Positions 18,688 to 28,263 are shown, counted from the stretch's first letter. The stretch is DNA of 45,013 nucleotides from Methanomassiliicoccaceae archaeon UBA354 (GCA_002497195.1 DAMX01000033.1:5634-50646), one strand, 5' to 3'. Made by a program: numbers and translations. Notes: generated by a model not told the origin, from the sequence alone.

Positions 18688-19671
18688 TTAGAAAGGCACG
18701 AGCGACAGAAGATAGTCGCGTATTTCTTTCTCTTCTTCGCTCAGACCACCCTTTGATTGTTCCACGTAGGTTTCCCAGAGGAACATGAAATAGTCATGGA
18801 ACGCCGCAACGGCCTCGTTCCAGTTGGGCTTCGAAGCGGAAATTCCCACCAGGTCGTTGGTCAGGGTCCATTTGCGGGTATTTCTGTCGAAAGAAACGTC
18901 AGCGGCCATCGGATTTAGAAGTGCCAGGTCTGAATCGGGAGTTATGATGCGTTTGAAGACTATTCCCGGGAAATCGCCCACTCCGCAAACGTCCCTGACC
19001 TCTACGATGTTCTCTTCATCGTCAAGAACCGCCATTCCGGACACCAGACACGGTCCCGCACGGGAATACGAGTCTGCGGTCCTTTCGGGAAAATCCTTTC
19101 CGGTGGTTATCTTCGACGTACGGTCTCCGGAATCGAGATAGTATGCGTTGCGGCCCTTCATGTCGCTCTTCCTGCAGACGGCCCCGGCAAGAGCACAGGT
19201 GAAAGTCCTCGTTTCGGCGCCGGCGCTTTCGCCGAAGCGTTCCGGACGGGCGTTGAAGAGCTCCCTCATCCTTCTTCCGCGCCCATAGCTGAGCCTGCAG
19301 CCCTCCAGGTCGACGCAGAGCTTCATAAGGTCTTTGGCGACGGCCGCCCTGTATCGGGGGTCGGTGTAATTCTCCGAAAGCCAGCGGTTGATTATGTCGC
19401 TTCCCGCCACGTCGAGGGTCTCTTCGAGCTTCACCAGGGCGACGTTGAGCAGGGAGTTCTCGTCGGGCCTGCGCTCCCTGGGTTCGATGCCCAGATCGAA
19501 CTTGGACCCGAATCCCTCGGGAGCCTTGCCCTGCAATCCCATCTCTGCGGTCACGATGAACATCCCAATGTGAGAAAGCATGCTCTGGATATCCTTTATG
19601 ACGAGGTCCGCCTGTTCTGCGGTAACTTCGTTCCCTACATCGGGGACCACTTTGAAAGTCAGAGTATCCAT
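18688..19671 (-). CDS. Hypothetical protein (~327 aa), possible HicB-like C-terminal domain
   Basis: Long clean ORF filling the gap; C-terminus WTLTNDLVGISASKPNWNEAVAAFHDYFMFLWETY; start at ATG 19671 or 19692. Confidence 0.7.
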   Translation of the reverse strand: MDTLTFKVVPDVGNEVTAEQADLVIKDIQSMLSHIGMFIVTAEMGLQGKAPEGFGSKFDLGIEPRERRPDENSLLNVALVKLEETLDVAGSDIINRWLSENYTDPRYRAAVAKDLMKLCVDLEGCRLSYGRGRRMRELFNARPERFGESAGAETRTFTCALAGAVCRKSDMKGRNAYYLDSGDRTSKITTGKDFPERTADSYSRAGPCLVSGMAVLDDEENIVEVRDVCGVGDFPGIVFKRIITPDSDLALLNPMAADVSFDRNTRKWTLTNDLVGISASKPNWNEAVAAFHDYFMFLWETYVEQSKGGLSEEEKEIRDYLLSLVPF

Positions 19672-19880
19672 ACCGGCGAAAGCGCAATGCATTCCTTGTT
19701 TTTAACATATTCCCGAATGTATCGGGGACATCGTCCGGAGGCAAATTATTTAGCATACCTGTCCATGGAGTCGTACCGGGAGTCACATTACCAGGTCTGC
19801 CTTTTTATTATAGAAAAAGACAGTAGCCCTTAAATACAAAATCAGGAATGTGTGCCCGTCGCAATCACTAGGTGGTGCAA

Positions 19881-20396
19881 ATGGTAAGAAAGCCCGCATC
19901 GATGTACAGAGAAATTAAAGGACAGGCGTATACTCGCCGCGAATACATGGGAGGAGTGCCCGCAAGCAGGCTCAGCCAGTTTGAGATGGGAGACCTCAAG
20001 GCAGACTTCCCGATCAAGATCACGCTCAGAGTGGAGAACAGGGTCCAGATAAGGCACACCGCGCTGGAGTCCGGACGTATAGCCGCCAACAGAGTGCTGG
20101 GCAAGCTCGGAGTCAGCAACTACCACTTCACGGTCAGGACGTACCCTCACATGGTACTCAGAGAGAACAAGATGGCTACGGGAGCAGGTGCAGACCGTGT
20201 TTCCAGCGGAATGCGCAACGGTTTCGGAAAGAACGTCGGAACGGCCGCCAGGCTCGAGCGCGGACAGGCCGTGTACACGATCCGTTGCACCCCTGCCGTA
20301 TTCAACTCCGCCAAAGACGCTCTTTGGAGAGCATCCATGAAAATGCCCTCTCCCTGCTACATTGATGTGGAAGAGGGTAAGGAATACGCCAAGTGA
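19881..20396 (+). CDS. rpl10e: 50S ribosomal protein uL16 (L10e)
   Basis: RKPASMYR..GQAYTRREYMGGVP and LRENKMATGAGADRVSSGMR; GGTGGTG RBS before ATG 19881. Confidence 0.97.
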   Translation: MVRKPASMYREIKGQAYTRREYMGGVPASRLSQFEMGDLKADFPIKITLRVENRVQIRHTALESGRIAANRVLGKLGVSNYHFTVRTYPHMVLRENKMATGAGADRVSSGMRNGFGKNVGTAARLERGQAVYTIRCTPAVFNSAKDALWRASMKMPSPCYIDVEEGKEYAK

Positions 20397-21379
20397 TGTT
20401 CGACCTGGAGCTCGAACGGACCGCTCGGTGGATAAGGTCTAACGGCTATTCCAGAGTGGCTGTTCAGCTCCCGGAGGGACTCAAGCTCAGAGCATCGGAG
20501 ATCTCCGACGCCCTGGGCTCTGCAGGCGCCGAGGTGATAATCGTCGGGCGCCCTTGCTATGGCGCCTGCGACTATTATTCAGATTTCAGGAGGGTCGCGG
20601 ATGCGCTGGTCCATTACGGCCATTCCGCCATGCCGTCGCTGGGCAGCGACCCCGACGTCCTTTTCATCGAGGCCCGCGCCGATTGTTCCATCGCCGGGCC
20701 ACTCGGGGAATGTGTAGGAATGCTTCCCCGGAACGTAGGAGTGCTTGCGTCCGTCCAGTACATCGACCTGATCCCCGAGGCCGTGGGGATCATAGAATCG
20801 TCGGGAAGGAAAGCCTTCGTCTCCGCCGGGGATAAGCGCATAATGTATCCGGGCCAGGTCCTCGGCTGCGACTGCAGCGCCGCGGAAGCGGTCTCGGATT
20901 CCGTGGACGCATTCCTTTTTCTGGGAGAGGGTGATTTCCACCCGCTGGCGGCCGCTTTCGGCACGGAAAAGGAGCTTTTCGTTCTCAATCCCGTAACCGG
21001 CGATATGAGGAGCGTCGAGAGCATCAAGGACCGCATTCTAAGGAGGCGTTTCGGATCGATAGCCATCGCCTCCGAGGCAGAAAGATTCATGATAATCATA
21101 TGCAGCAAGGCGGGGCAGAATCGTTCTTAGGAAGCGGAGATGATCGCGGAGAAGATCAGAGGCGCGGGAAAAAAGGCGTACACAATACTTCTGGACGAGA
21201 TAAACCCCGATACACTGGCACATTACCGTGTCGATGCCTTTGTGAACACGGCATGCCCCCGTATCGCCATGGACGAGTCAGCGAGATTCAGCAAGCCGGT
21301 CCTGACGATCCCTGAGGCCGAGATAGCCCTGGGACTTCGCGACTGGGAAGATTATGAGTTCGATGCCATACGCCGCTGA
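20396..21379 (+). CDS. dph2: Diphthamide synthesis enzyme Dph2 (327 aa) with in-frame TAG at 21128-21130, probably read as pyrrolysine
   Basis: QLPEGLK, CYGACD, HYGH, GQVLGC and GDFHP motifs; after the TAG the same frame continues EAEMIAEK...VNTACPRIAMDE..KPVLT.PE; track ORFs 20393-21130 and 21140-21379 share a frame. Confidence 0.88.
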
Positions 21380-21436
21380 ACTTTTCGGCTCCGGTGGCTG
21401 ACTCACCTTAAAATAATCCCGAAGTAATGGTCACCC

Positions 21437-22180
21437 ATGGTAACGTCGGAAGAGTTCCTTTCCGGACCGTTGCCCGATGCCCGGGTCGGCATCGGCCGTG
21501 GGTCGGACATGGGGAATGTGGAGAGGAGCGCCGAAGCCTTCGAACGCGGATGCGTAACTATATACGGAAACCCCGCCGAACTCGTCGAAGACCTGATGTC
21601 CGGGAAGATAGATGCCGCCGTGCGCGGCGACATGTCGTCCTCCGTCCTGTTGCCGATGCTCAAGCAGGTGCTGGGCATAAAAGCGCTCGAAAGGGTGGTC
21701 CTAATGGGGCCTCCCGGCGGGAAGCTATTCCTGCTTTCCCCCGTGGGGATCGACGAGGGGTGGACCGTCCAGCAGAGGTTCGGACTGGCCGTGAGCTCCG
21801 TGGGGCTTGCGCGCAAGATAGGCCTCGGGACCAGGATCGCCGTCATGTCGGGAGGAAGGTGCGAGGACTACGGAAGATGCAGGGCTGTGAACAGCAGCAT
21901 CGACGATGCCCGTTCGCTTGTGAAGATGCTTACCGAAAAGGGTTACGACGCATATCATTCCCAGATACTGATAGAGAATGCGGTGAGGGACGCCGATATA
22001 GTTATCGCGCCCGAGGGCATATCCGGCAATCTGCTGTTCAGGGCGATGCACCTGGTCGGCAACACCATGGCGCTCGGGGCGCCGATAGTCAACATCGAAA
22101 AAGTGTTCGTGGACACGTCCAGGGCGAAAACGGACTATCGCGACTCGATAGCTCTGGCCCTTAGGCTTACGGAGAGATGA
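21437..22180 (+). CDS. mtxX: Methanogenesis marker protein 4 / MtxX
   Basis: IDAAVRG, PVGIDEG, SGGR.ED.GR, APEGISGNLLFR and VFVDTSR motifs. Confidence 0.9.
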   Translation: MVTSEEFLSGPLPDARVGIGRGSDMGNVERSAEAFERGCVTIYGNPAELVEDLMSGKIDAAVRGDMSSSVLLPMLKQVLGIKALERVVLMGPPGGKLFLLSPVGIDEGWTVQQRFGLAVSSVGLARKIGLGTRIAVMSGGRCEDYGRCRAVNSSIDDARSLVKMLTEKGYDAYHSQILIENAVRDADIVIAPEGISGNLLFRAMHLVGNTMALGAPIVNIEKVFVDTSRAKTDYRDSIALALRLTER

Positions 22181-22659
22181 AAATGCAATTGGAGATCGAC
22201 GGAGAGTATTTGGGCTTAAGGTTCTCGGCCTGCCATTTTATTCCGAGGCATGACAAGTGCTCCAGGCTTCATGGCCACTCATATGTGGTCCGTCTGAAGC
22301 TGGAAGGGGAGATCGGAGAGAACGGGATGCTAATGGACTTCGTGGTCCTGAAGAAGGAGCTCCGCCAGATGATAGCGCTCTTGGACCACACGACGTTGCT
22401 TCCTTCGGATTCAGAGGACGTGCTTATCGAGCTGACCGATACCTCGGTAGAGGCCGTCGCATGCGGTAAGAGGTACGTGTTCCCCGCGGAGGACGTGGTG
22501 ATATTGGACATTCCCAATACCACGGGGGAGGAGATGTCCAAGCTTATGGTCCATAAGATGATCAACGATGTGGCCTTCCCGGAGAACGTGAGGTCCGTCT
22601 CAATAGGCCTGGACGAGGAGCGCGGACAGACTGCATGGTACACGGTGGAGCTCAGATGA
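22177..22659 (+). CDS. queD: 6-carboxy-5,6,7,8-tetrahydropterin synthase
   Basis: FSACH...CSRLHGHSY, MDF, LDH, TGEE; first gene of the queDCE run. Confidence 0.88.
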   Translation: MKMQLEIDGEYLGLRFSACHFIPRHDKCSRLHGHSYVVRLKLEGEIGENGMLMDFVVLKKELRQMIALLDHTTLLPSDSEDVLIELTDTSVEAVACGKRYVFPAEDVVILDIPNTTGEEMSKLMVHKMINDVAFPENVRSVSIGLDEERGQTAWYTVELR

Positions 22660-23324
22660 CGAGGGCCGTCGTCCTTCTCTCCGGAGGACTAGATTCTACA
22701 ACGACGCTGGCACAGGCAATAAGCGACGGATGCGAGGTGTTCGCGGTCAGCTTCCGCTACGGTCAGAGGCACAGCAGGGAGCTGGTCTCTGCCACGGAGG
22801 TCTGCAGGCAATACGGCGTGATGCACACGATAATCGACATAAACCTCTCGTCTTTCAGATCTGCTCTTACAAAGGAGGACATCGATGTCCCCATGGACCG
22901 CGAAGGGAGCCTGGACAAGGAGATCCCCATAACTTACGTCCCTGCAAGGAACATAATTTTCCTCAGCATTGCCGCCGGACTCTGCGAGTCGGTGGATGCG
23001 GACAGGATCTACATCGGCGCTAACGTCGTCGATTATTCAGGTTACCCCGACTGCCGCCCGGAGTTCTTCAGATCCTTCGAGGGCATGTTGGAAAAGGGGA
23101 CGAAAGCAGGTGTCGAGGGAAGTCCTATCAAGATCATGGCGCCGATACTGCACATGTCGAAGGCGGACATCGTCCGTCTGGGCAAGGAGCTCGGCGCTCC
23201 TCTTCACCTCACATGGTCATGCTACGGGGGAGGAGAGAAGGCCTGCGGCCACTGCGATTCCTGCAGGCTGAGGCTCAAAGGCTTCGAAGAGGCCGGATTC
23301 AAGGACGAGATCGATTACGAGTGA
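22656..23324 (+). CDS. queC: 7-cyano-7-deazaguanine synthase
   Basis: LSGGLDS, YGQRH, TYVPARN, YSGYPDCR, TWSCY..CGHCDSC. Confidence 0.96.
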   Translation: MTRAVVLLSGGLDSTTTLAQAISDGCEVFAVSFRYGQRHSRELVSATEVCRQYGVMHTIIDINLSSFRSALTKEDIDVPMDREGSLDKEIPITYVPARNIIFLSIAAGLCESVDADRIYIGANVVDYSGYPDCRPEFFRSFEGMLEKGTKAGVEGSPIKIMAPILHMSKADIVRLGKELGAPLHLTWSCYGGGEKACGHCDSCRLRLKGFEEAGFKDEIDYE

Positions 23325-23328
23325 TACA

Positions 23329-23952
23329 ATGAAGATATGCGAAACATTTGTATCGATCCAGGGCGAGGGCCTGATGATGGGTGCCCCCACGCTATTCATC
23401 CGCACCTCGGGATGCAACCTGGATTGCTCTTGGTGCGACACCAAATACGCCTTCGGCGACGGCAGAGAAACGGACGTCGCCCAGCTGGTGGAGATGGCCG
23501 CCGGGATATCGCATGTGTGCGTAACGGGAGGGGAGCCCATGTTGCAGGAAGAGCTGCCCGAGCTGCTGGAAGCCCTCATATCCGAAGGCAAGCACGTTGT
23601 ACTGGAGACCAACGGGTCGATGGACGTGAGCAGACTGCCGAAGGATAGGAATCTGATGATAAGCATGGACATCAAATGCCCCTCGTCCGGGATGTCGGAA
23701 AGAATGCTCGCCTCCAATATCGCCGTCCTCGGAGAAAAGGACCAGCTCAAATTTATCATCGGCGACGATTCCGACTTCGAATTCGCAACCGACGTCCTGA
23801 GGACGTACATGCCCGGGACCAACGTGATCTTCTCGCCGGTGGGCGGGATGGACCTAAGGCCTCTCGCCGAGGAAGTCCTCAGGAGAAAGCTCGAGGTCCG
23901 GGTCCTGCCGCAGCTTCACAAGATCATATGGGGGGACAGACGCTCAGTCTGA
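23329..23952 (+). CDS. queE: 7-carboxy-7-deazaguanine synthase (radical SAM)
   Basis: FVSIQGEG, GCNLDCSWCDTKY, TGGEP, ETNG, PQLHKIIWG. Confidence 0.94.
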   Translation: MKICETFVSIQGEGLMMGAPTLFIRTSGCNLDCSWCDTKYAFGDGRETDVAQLVEMAAGISHVCVTGGEPMLQEELPELLEALISEGKHVVLETNGSMDVSRLPKDRNLMISMDIKCPSSGMSERMLASNIAVLGEKDQLKFIIGDDSDFEFATDVLRTYMPGTNVIFSPVGGMDLRPLAEEVLRRKLEVRVLPQLHKIIWGDRRSV

Positions 23953-24300
23953 TCCCTTCAGGGATTCGAACTTCTTCCTGCGCTCGTAACGTCTCCTGAA
24001 GTCGGTTACGCTCTCCTCCACCGTTCCTTCCTCGTCGGTGGACACGGTTATGCCGGCGGCAGTGAGCTTGTCGTAGCCGTGGTGGCCTATGCCGCCCACG
24101 ATCACGGCGTCCACCCCGATGCCGACTATGGCATCGGCCACAAGCATCCCGGCCCCTGAGGCCGCATCCTTGTGCTCGTTCTCAACTACGGTGAAGTCCA
24201 TCGTCTCCATGTCCACGATGAGGAAGAAGGGCGCACGGCCGAAGTCATCGGCCACATACGAATCCAGCGTATCTCCCTCTGCAAGCACTCCTATCTTCAT
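23944..24300 (-). CDS. NifB/NifX-family (FeMo-cofactor-binding-like) small protein
   Basis: DFGRAPFFLIVD...GAG...GGIG pattern; translationally coupled to mrp. Confidence 0.85.
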   Translation of the reverse strand: MKIGVLAEGDTLDSYVADDFGRAPFFLIVDMETMDFTVVENEHKDAASGAGMLVADAIVGIGVDAVIVGGIGHHGYDKLTAAGITVSTDEEGTVEESVTDFRRRYERRKKFESLKGSD

Positions 24301-25124
24301 TTCGCCTCGACCGTCGCTATTATTTTTTTGATGATCGATCCGAAAGCCTGGGCGGACGCGGAATCGGGCTCGCTCAGGACAGCGGGCATGCCATCGTCCC
24401 CTGACAAGACCACGGAAGGCTCGATCGGGACCTTTCCCAGAAACTGGACGCCGAACTCTTTTGCGACGGTCTCTCCTCCGCCGCTCTTGAAGATGTCCGT
24501 CTCCTCGCCGCAGTGGGGGCAGATGAAACCGCTCATGTTCTCCACAAGCCCGATCACAGGTATCTTAGCTTCGGCAGAGAATGTTATCGTCTTGCGGCTG
24601 TCCATCAGAGAAACGTCCTGAGGCGTGGTGACGATCACGGCGCCGTCCGGCTTGGGGATGAGCTGCATTATGGAAAGCGCCTCGTCGCCGGTACCCGGAG
24701 GCATATCGATGACCAGGTAGTCCAGGTCCCCCCATTCGACGTCTTCGATGAACTGCCTTATGGCCGTCATCTTCACGGGCCCCCTCCACAGTACCGGCGT
24801 GTCCTTGGTCGGAAGCAGGAACGCCATCGACATCACTTTGAGGGAGGGGGGGACGATGACCGGTACAAGCTTGTTGTTCTGAACATCCAGCTTCTCGTCC
24901 TCTATGCCGAACATCTTAGGTATATTGGGGCCGGTGATGTCCACATCCATGATCCCAGTCTCGTATCCCATGTTGGACAGGGCGCAGGCGAGGTTTGAGG
25001 AAACGGTGCTCTTTCCGACGCCTCCCTTTCCGCTAAGGACTATTATGACATGTTTGATCTTTCCGAGGCTCTCTTTGAGTCTGGTATCTTCTTCTATTTT
25101 ATCAGCGCTGATTACTCCTGCCAT
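24297..25124 (-). CDS. mrp: Mrp/ApbC/NBP35 Fe-S carrier ATPase
   Basis: SGKGGVGKST, DVDITGP, WRGP, DMPPGTGD, ENMSGFICPHCG. Confidence 0.95.
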   Translation of the reverse strand: MAGVISADKIEEDTRLKESLGKIKHVIIVLSGKGGVGKSTVSSNLACALSNMGYETGIMDVDITGPNIPKMFGIEDEKLDVQNNKLVPVIVPPSLKVMSMAFLLPTKDTPVLWRGPVKMTAIRQFIEDVEWGDLDYLVIDMPPGTGDEALSIMQLIPKPDGAVIVTTPQDVSLMDSRKTITFSAEAKIPVIGLVENMSGFICPHCGEETDIFKSGGGETVAKEFGVQFLGKVPIEPSVVLSGDDGMPAVLSEPDSASAQAFGSIIKKIIATVEAK

Positions 25125-25218
25125 TTCTATCGCCCCGTCAGTGTCTCAGTGTTTTAAGAACTATTGCCAAGCTCGAAGCCGGCGCAACGGATTTATCCAT
25201 ATGAGGGCATGGAGGGCT

Positions 25219-25623
25219 ATGCCTTTAGGTGATCCGCACGGAGGAGACTTCGAATATACAGATGAGGGGCTTCCCAAGAACATAACGGCCGTCAGGATCC
25301 CGACCCGCGACCTCGACGACAGCATCGGCTTCTACTCCGACCTGCTGGGCATGGAGGTCTTGACCAGGAAGGACACCCATGCCGTTCTCAGGCGCGAGGA
25401 TGCGGTGATACTTCTGATCGTATCGTCCTCCACCGGGATCGACACGGGCTTCTATATCGGGGTGGACGACCCATATGCCCTCCACAGACGCCTGATCGAC
25501 GAGGGCGTGGTGTTCATGATGGACCCGGAGATGGGCCCTATCGGAGTGTACACCTCGTTCCGCGACACGGACGGAAACGTGATCAGAGCCGTCGACAAGC
25601 ACGCCGTGGGCTCGTTCTTCTGA
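25219..25623 (+). CDS. VOC/glyoxalase superfamily protein
   Basis: IPTRDLDDSIGFYSDLLG, VDD, FRDTDGNVI; GGAGG RBS before ATG 25219. Confidence 0.85.
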   Translation: MPLGDPHGGDFEYTDEGLPKNITAVRIPTRDLDDSIGFYSDLLGMEVLTRKDTHAVLRREDAVILLIVSSSTGIDTGFYIGVDDPYALHRRLIDEGVVFMMDPEMGPIGVYTSFRDTDGNVIRAVDKHAVGSFF

Positions 25624-26841
25624 TCAGTTCCCGAGGTCGGCCATGCTCGTGGCCTCTTTGATCTTGGCTTCAAGCTGAGGCGGGAGCCCGGATATCCCTC
25701 CGGAGAGGAAACCTCTGACGATCATGCTCACCGCTTCGTCCTCGGAAAGGCCTCTGGACATCAGATACTCTATTTGGTCTCTGGCGATCTTTCCCACGGC
25801 GGCCTCGTGCGTCATCTCCAGGTCTGAGATGTTAGCTTCCAGTTCGGGTATCGCGAGGGTCGTGCCGCCGTCCTTGAGGATGATGCTCTTGCATTCCAGG
25901 TGGGCTTTTACTCCGGGCGCGTTACCAACGAGCCTTCCGCGGGCGACCATCCTGCCGCCGACGGTGATGCTCCTGCTGATTATCTCGGCCGATGTATCCT
26001 TGCTGTTAAGAGATACGATGGAGCCGCTGTCGATGTCGGACCCCTCGTGCGCGATACACATGGAGTTGAACTTGGCGGTGGCGCCGGGCCCGTTGAGGTT
26101 CGCCACGGGGTTGCTCTGTAGCGTACCCACTTTGTCGAGTATCACGTAATTGTTGGTGAAATGTGAATTCTTGCCGACGGTGATGCCGGTCCTGGGCCTA
26201 ACCGACGTCTTGTCTCCCCAGTTATGGATCATCGAATACGAAAGAGCGGCGTTCTCTCCGATGAACATCTCTGAAACGCCTACATGAACGGACTCGTTGG
26301 CGTGGGGGCTGGTCGCGCACCCGGTTATCACGTCCGCCGACGCATCGTCTTCGACGATGATCATGTTGTGTACGTTCTGGATCACCTTGTCGGCGTTCAG
26401 GAGCATGCAGGACTGTATCGGCGTCTTGATGTGGTATCCGGACTTGACCCTTATGAAGTACCCGTCCGACTGCTCAAGATATGTGTGGGCCGTGAACTTG
26501 TCCTTGTCGGGCGCCACCGCGGTCCAAATGCGCTCTCTGACCCAGTCGTATTTCTTCAGGGCCTGCTGCGTGGTGATTATCTCCACTCCCTCCGGATTGC
26601 AGGAGGAGCAGTGGCTCAGGGAATTGTCGATGAACATTATGGTCCCGGAACGGGCGTCCTCGTCAGTGGTAACGCCGACGCTCTGCATAGTGCCTTTAAA
26701 CTCGTTCCCGGAACTTTCGAGGTCCTCGATCACGGGGCCGTCGCGGGCGCCTACCGCATATTTCGTGAGGTCCACATCTTCGCCGTAGGCGGCCTTCTTT
26801 CCGAGGGCCTTCTTTACTCTATCGTCACTATCTGCTGACAT
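25624..26841 (-). CDS. sufB: SufB/SufD-family Fe-S scaffold (SmsB-like)
   Basis: GYFIRV, QNVHN, HNWG..VRPRT, HLECK, PEL, THEAAVGKI..QIEYLMSRGL; start ATG 26841 or 26850. Confidence 0.92.
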   Translation of the reverse strand: MSADSDDRVKKALGKKAAYGEDVDLTKYAVGARDGPVIEDLESSGNEFKGTMQSVGVTTDEDARSGTIMFIDNSLSHCSSCNPEGVEIITTQQALKKYDWVRERIWTAVAPDKDKFTAHTYLEQSDGYFIRVKSGYHIKTPIQSCMLLNADKVIQNVHNMIIVEDDASADVITGCATSPHANESVHVGVSEMFIGENAALSYSMIHNWGDKTSVRPRTGITVGKNSHFTNNYVILDKVGTLQSNPVANLNGPGATAKFNSMCIAHEGSDIDSGSIVSLNSKDTSAEIISRSITVGGRMVARGRLVGNAPGVKAHLECKSIILKDGGTTLAIPELEANISDLEMTHEAAVGKIARDQIEYLMSRGLSEDEAVSMIVRGFLSGGISGLPPQLEAKIKEATSMADLGN

Positions 26842-27569
26842 GAATCGCATTCTCCGTATCCGTTCTTCCTGATGGTGTTGAGCAGGTCGGTGGGCCTCCC
26901 AGTGCATTTGATCTTCCCCTCGCCCATGACATAGGCCTTGTCCGCACCGATGTAATCCAAGATCTGGCCGGTGTGCGTGATGACAAGCGCGGAGACGTGT
27001 TTGGGCCCCCCGCTGCGGCATTTGGTCTGGTCGTAAAGAAGGTCGTGGACTTTGTTGCCGATAAGGTCGATGCTCTGAAGGTCTACGCCCGACTCGGGTT
27101 CGTCAAGCATCAGGAAGTCGGGCCTCTGTGCGGTCAGCTGGAGAAGTTCGGACCTTTTGATCTCTCCTCCGGAAAAACCAACGTTTATGTCCCTGTCCAG
27201 GAAACCGCTCATTCTGAAATCGCTCGCCTCGGACAGAACTTCCTCGGCGCATTCCTCGTCGGCGGTCGTCCTAATAAGGTCACCGAGTTTCACGCCGGTG
27301 ACGTTTGGCGGCCTCTGCATCATCATGCCTATGCCCATCTTTGCACGTTCATCGACGGGAAGATGCGTGATATCGACGCCTTTGAAGATTATCTGCCCCT
27401 CAGTGATGGTACTGGTGCTGTATCCCATGATGGCTGACAGCAGGGTCGATTTACCCGATCCGTTGGGTCCGAAAAGGATACAGGTCTCCCCCTCCTTTAC
27501 GGAAAGGTCCACTCCTCTGAGTATCTCCCTCTCCCCGGCCACGGCGTGAAGGTTCTTTATTTCGAGCAT
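26814..27569 (-). CDS. sufC: SufC-family ATPase (SmsC-like)
   Basis: GPNGSGKST, FSGGEIKRSE, LDEPESGVD, ITHTG; C-terminal CDSC; start ATG 27569. Confidence 0.92.
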   Translation of the reverse strand: MLEIKNLHAVAGEREILRGVDLSVKEGETCILFGPNGSGKSTLLSAIMGYSTSTITEGQIIFKGVDITHLPVDERAKMGIGMMMQRPPNVTGVKLGDLIRTTADEECAEEVLSEASDFRMSGFLDRDINVGFSGGEIKRSELLQLTAQRPDFLMLDEPESGVDLQSIDLIGNKVHDLLYDQTKCRSGGPKHVSALVITHTGQILDYIGADKAYVMGEGKIKCTGRPTDLLNTIRKNGYGECDSCQQIVTIE

Positions 27570-27681
27570 ATTCGCACCTTGAGCACGAAGGTCATCGATT
27601 GCTAAATACTTGTCTGTATTACGTTTTTGGACGCAGGGGTCAGGCAAAGAGATTATACTGGCGCGGGATACTTCCGATATT

Positions 27682-28263
27682 ATGAAGCTCATTGCGATCA
27701 ACGGCAGCCCTCGCCTTATAGGGAACACGTCCAACATCATCATGGACATGCTCGACATCTTCTCCAGGGAGGGCATCGAGACGGAGCACATCCAGCTGTA
27801 CGCTTACAATTTCATCCCGTGCAATGACTGCAGGTCATGCGAGATGAGGGGCGATGGGAGATGCATCAACGAAGAAGACGGCTTCAACGAACTGCTGGAC
27901 AAGCTGAGGGAGGCCGACGGGATCGTTTTCGCCAGCCCGTCGTACTATGGCGGCGTGACGGGACAGATGAAGATATTCATGGAAAGGGCGGGGCTTTCGC
28001 TCGAAACGGGCGACATGGGCCTGAGGCGCAAGGTCGGAGGCGCCATCGCGGTGGCCGCACACGACGGAGCGTCCGCCGCATATTCCCAGATGGTCAACTT
28101 CATGCTGCGTAACCAGATGGTGGTCTGCGGGTCCACCCCGCACACCACGTTCAGGGCCTTGAACCCGCCACAGTTCTCCGCGGACAAGGATGCAGTCAAA
28201 GCCGTCTCGATATTAGCGGGAGAAATGGTCTGGGCGATGGAGCGTCTCGGTCAGAAGAAGTAA
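27682..28263 (+). CDS. Iron-sulfur flavoprotein (Isf)/flavodoxin-like FMN reductase
   Basis: NGSPR..GNT, compact CNDCRSCEMRGDGRC motif, ASPSYYG. Confidence 0.88.
   Translation: MKLIAINGSPRLIGNTSNIIMDMLDIFSREGIETEHIQLYAYNFIPCNDCRSCEMRGDGRCINEEDGFNELLDKLREADGIVFASPSYYGGVTGQMKIFMERAGLSLETGDMGLRRKVGGAIAVAAHDGASAAYSQMVNFMLRNQMVVCGSTPHTTFRALNPPQFSADKDAVKAVSILAGEMVWAMERLGQKK

Noticed and set aside
21131..21180. PYLIS-like hairpin after the amber codon
   Set aside because: Only a weak TGATC/GATCA pairing is visible, and such an element is not required for Pyl insertion
21140..21379. Independent 79-aa gene, or dph2 pseudogene
   Set aside because: Same frame as the upstream dph2 part, separated only by one TAG and three codons, with all motifs intact; read-through is more parsimonious, though not proven
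22177..23952. queDCE as part of a 7-deazaguanine DNA-modification (dpd) defence island
   Set aside because: No dpdA or other dpd genes nearby; the housekeeping context fits archaeosine precursor synthesis
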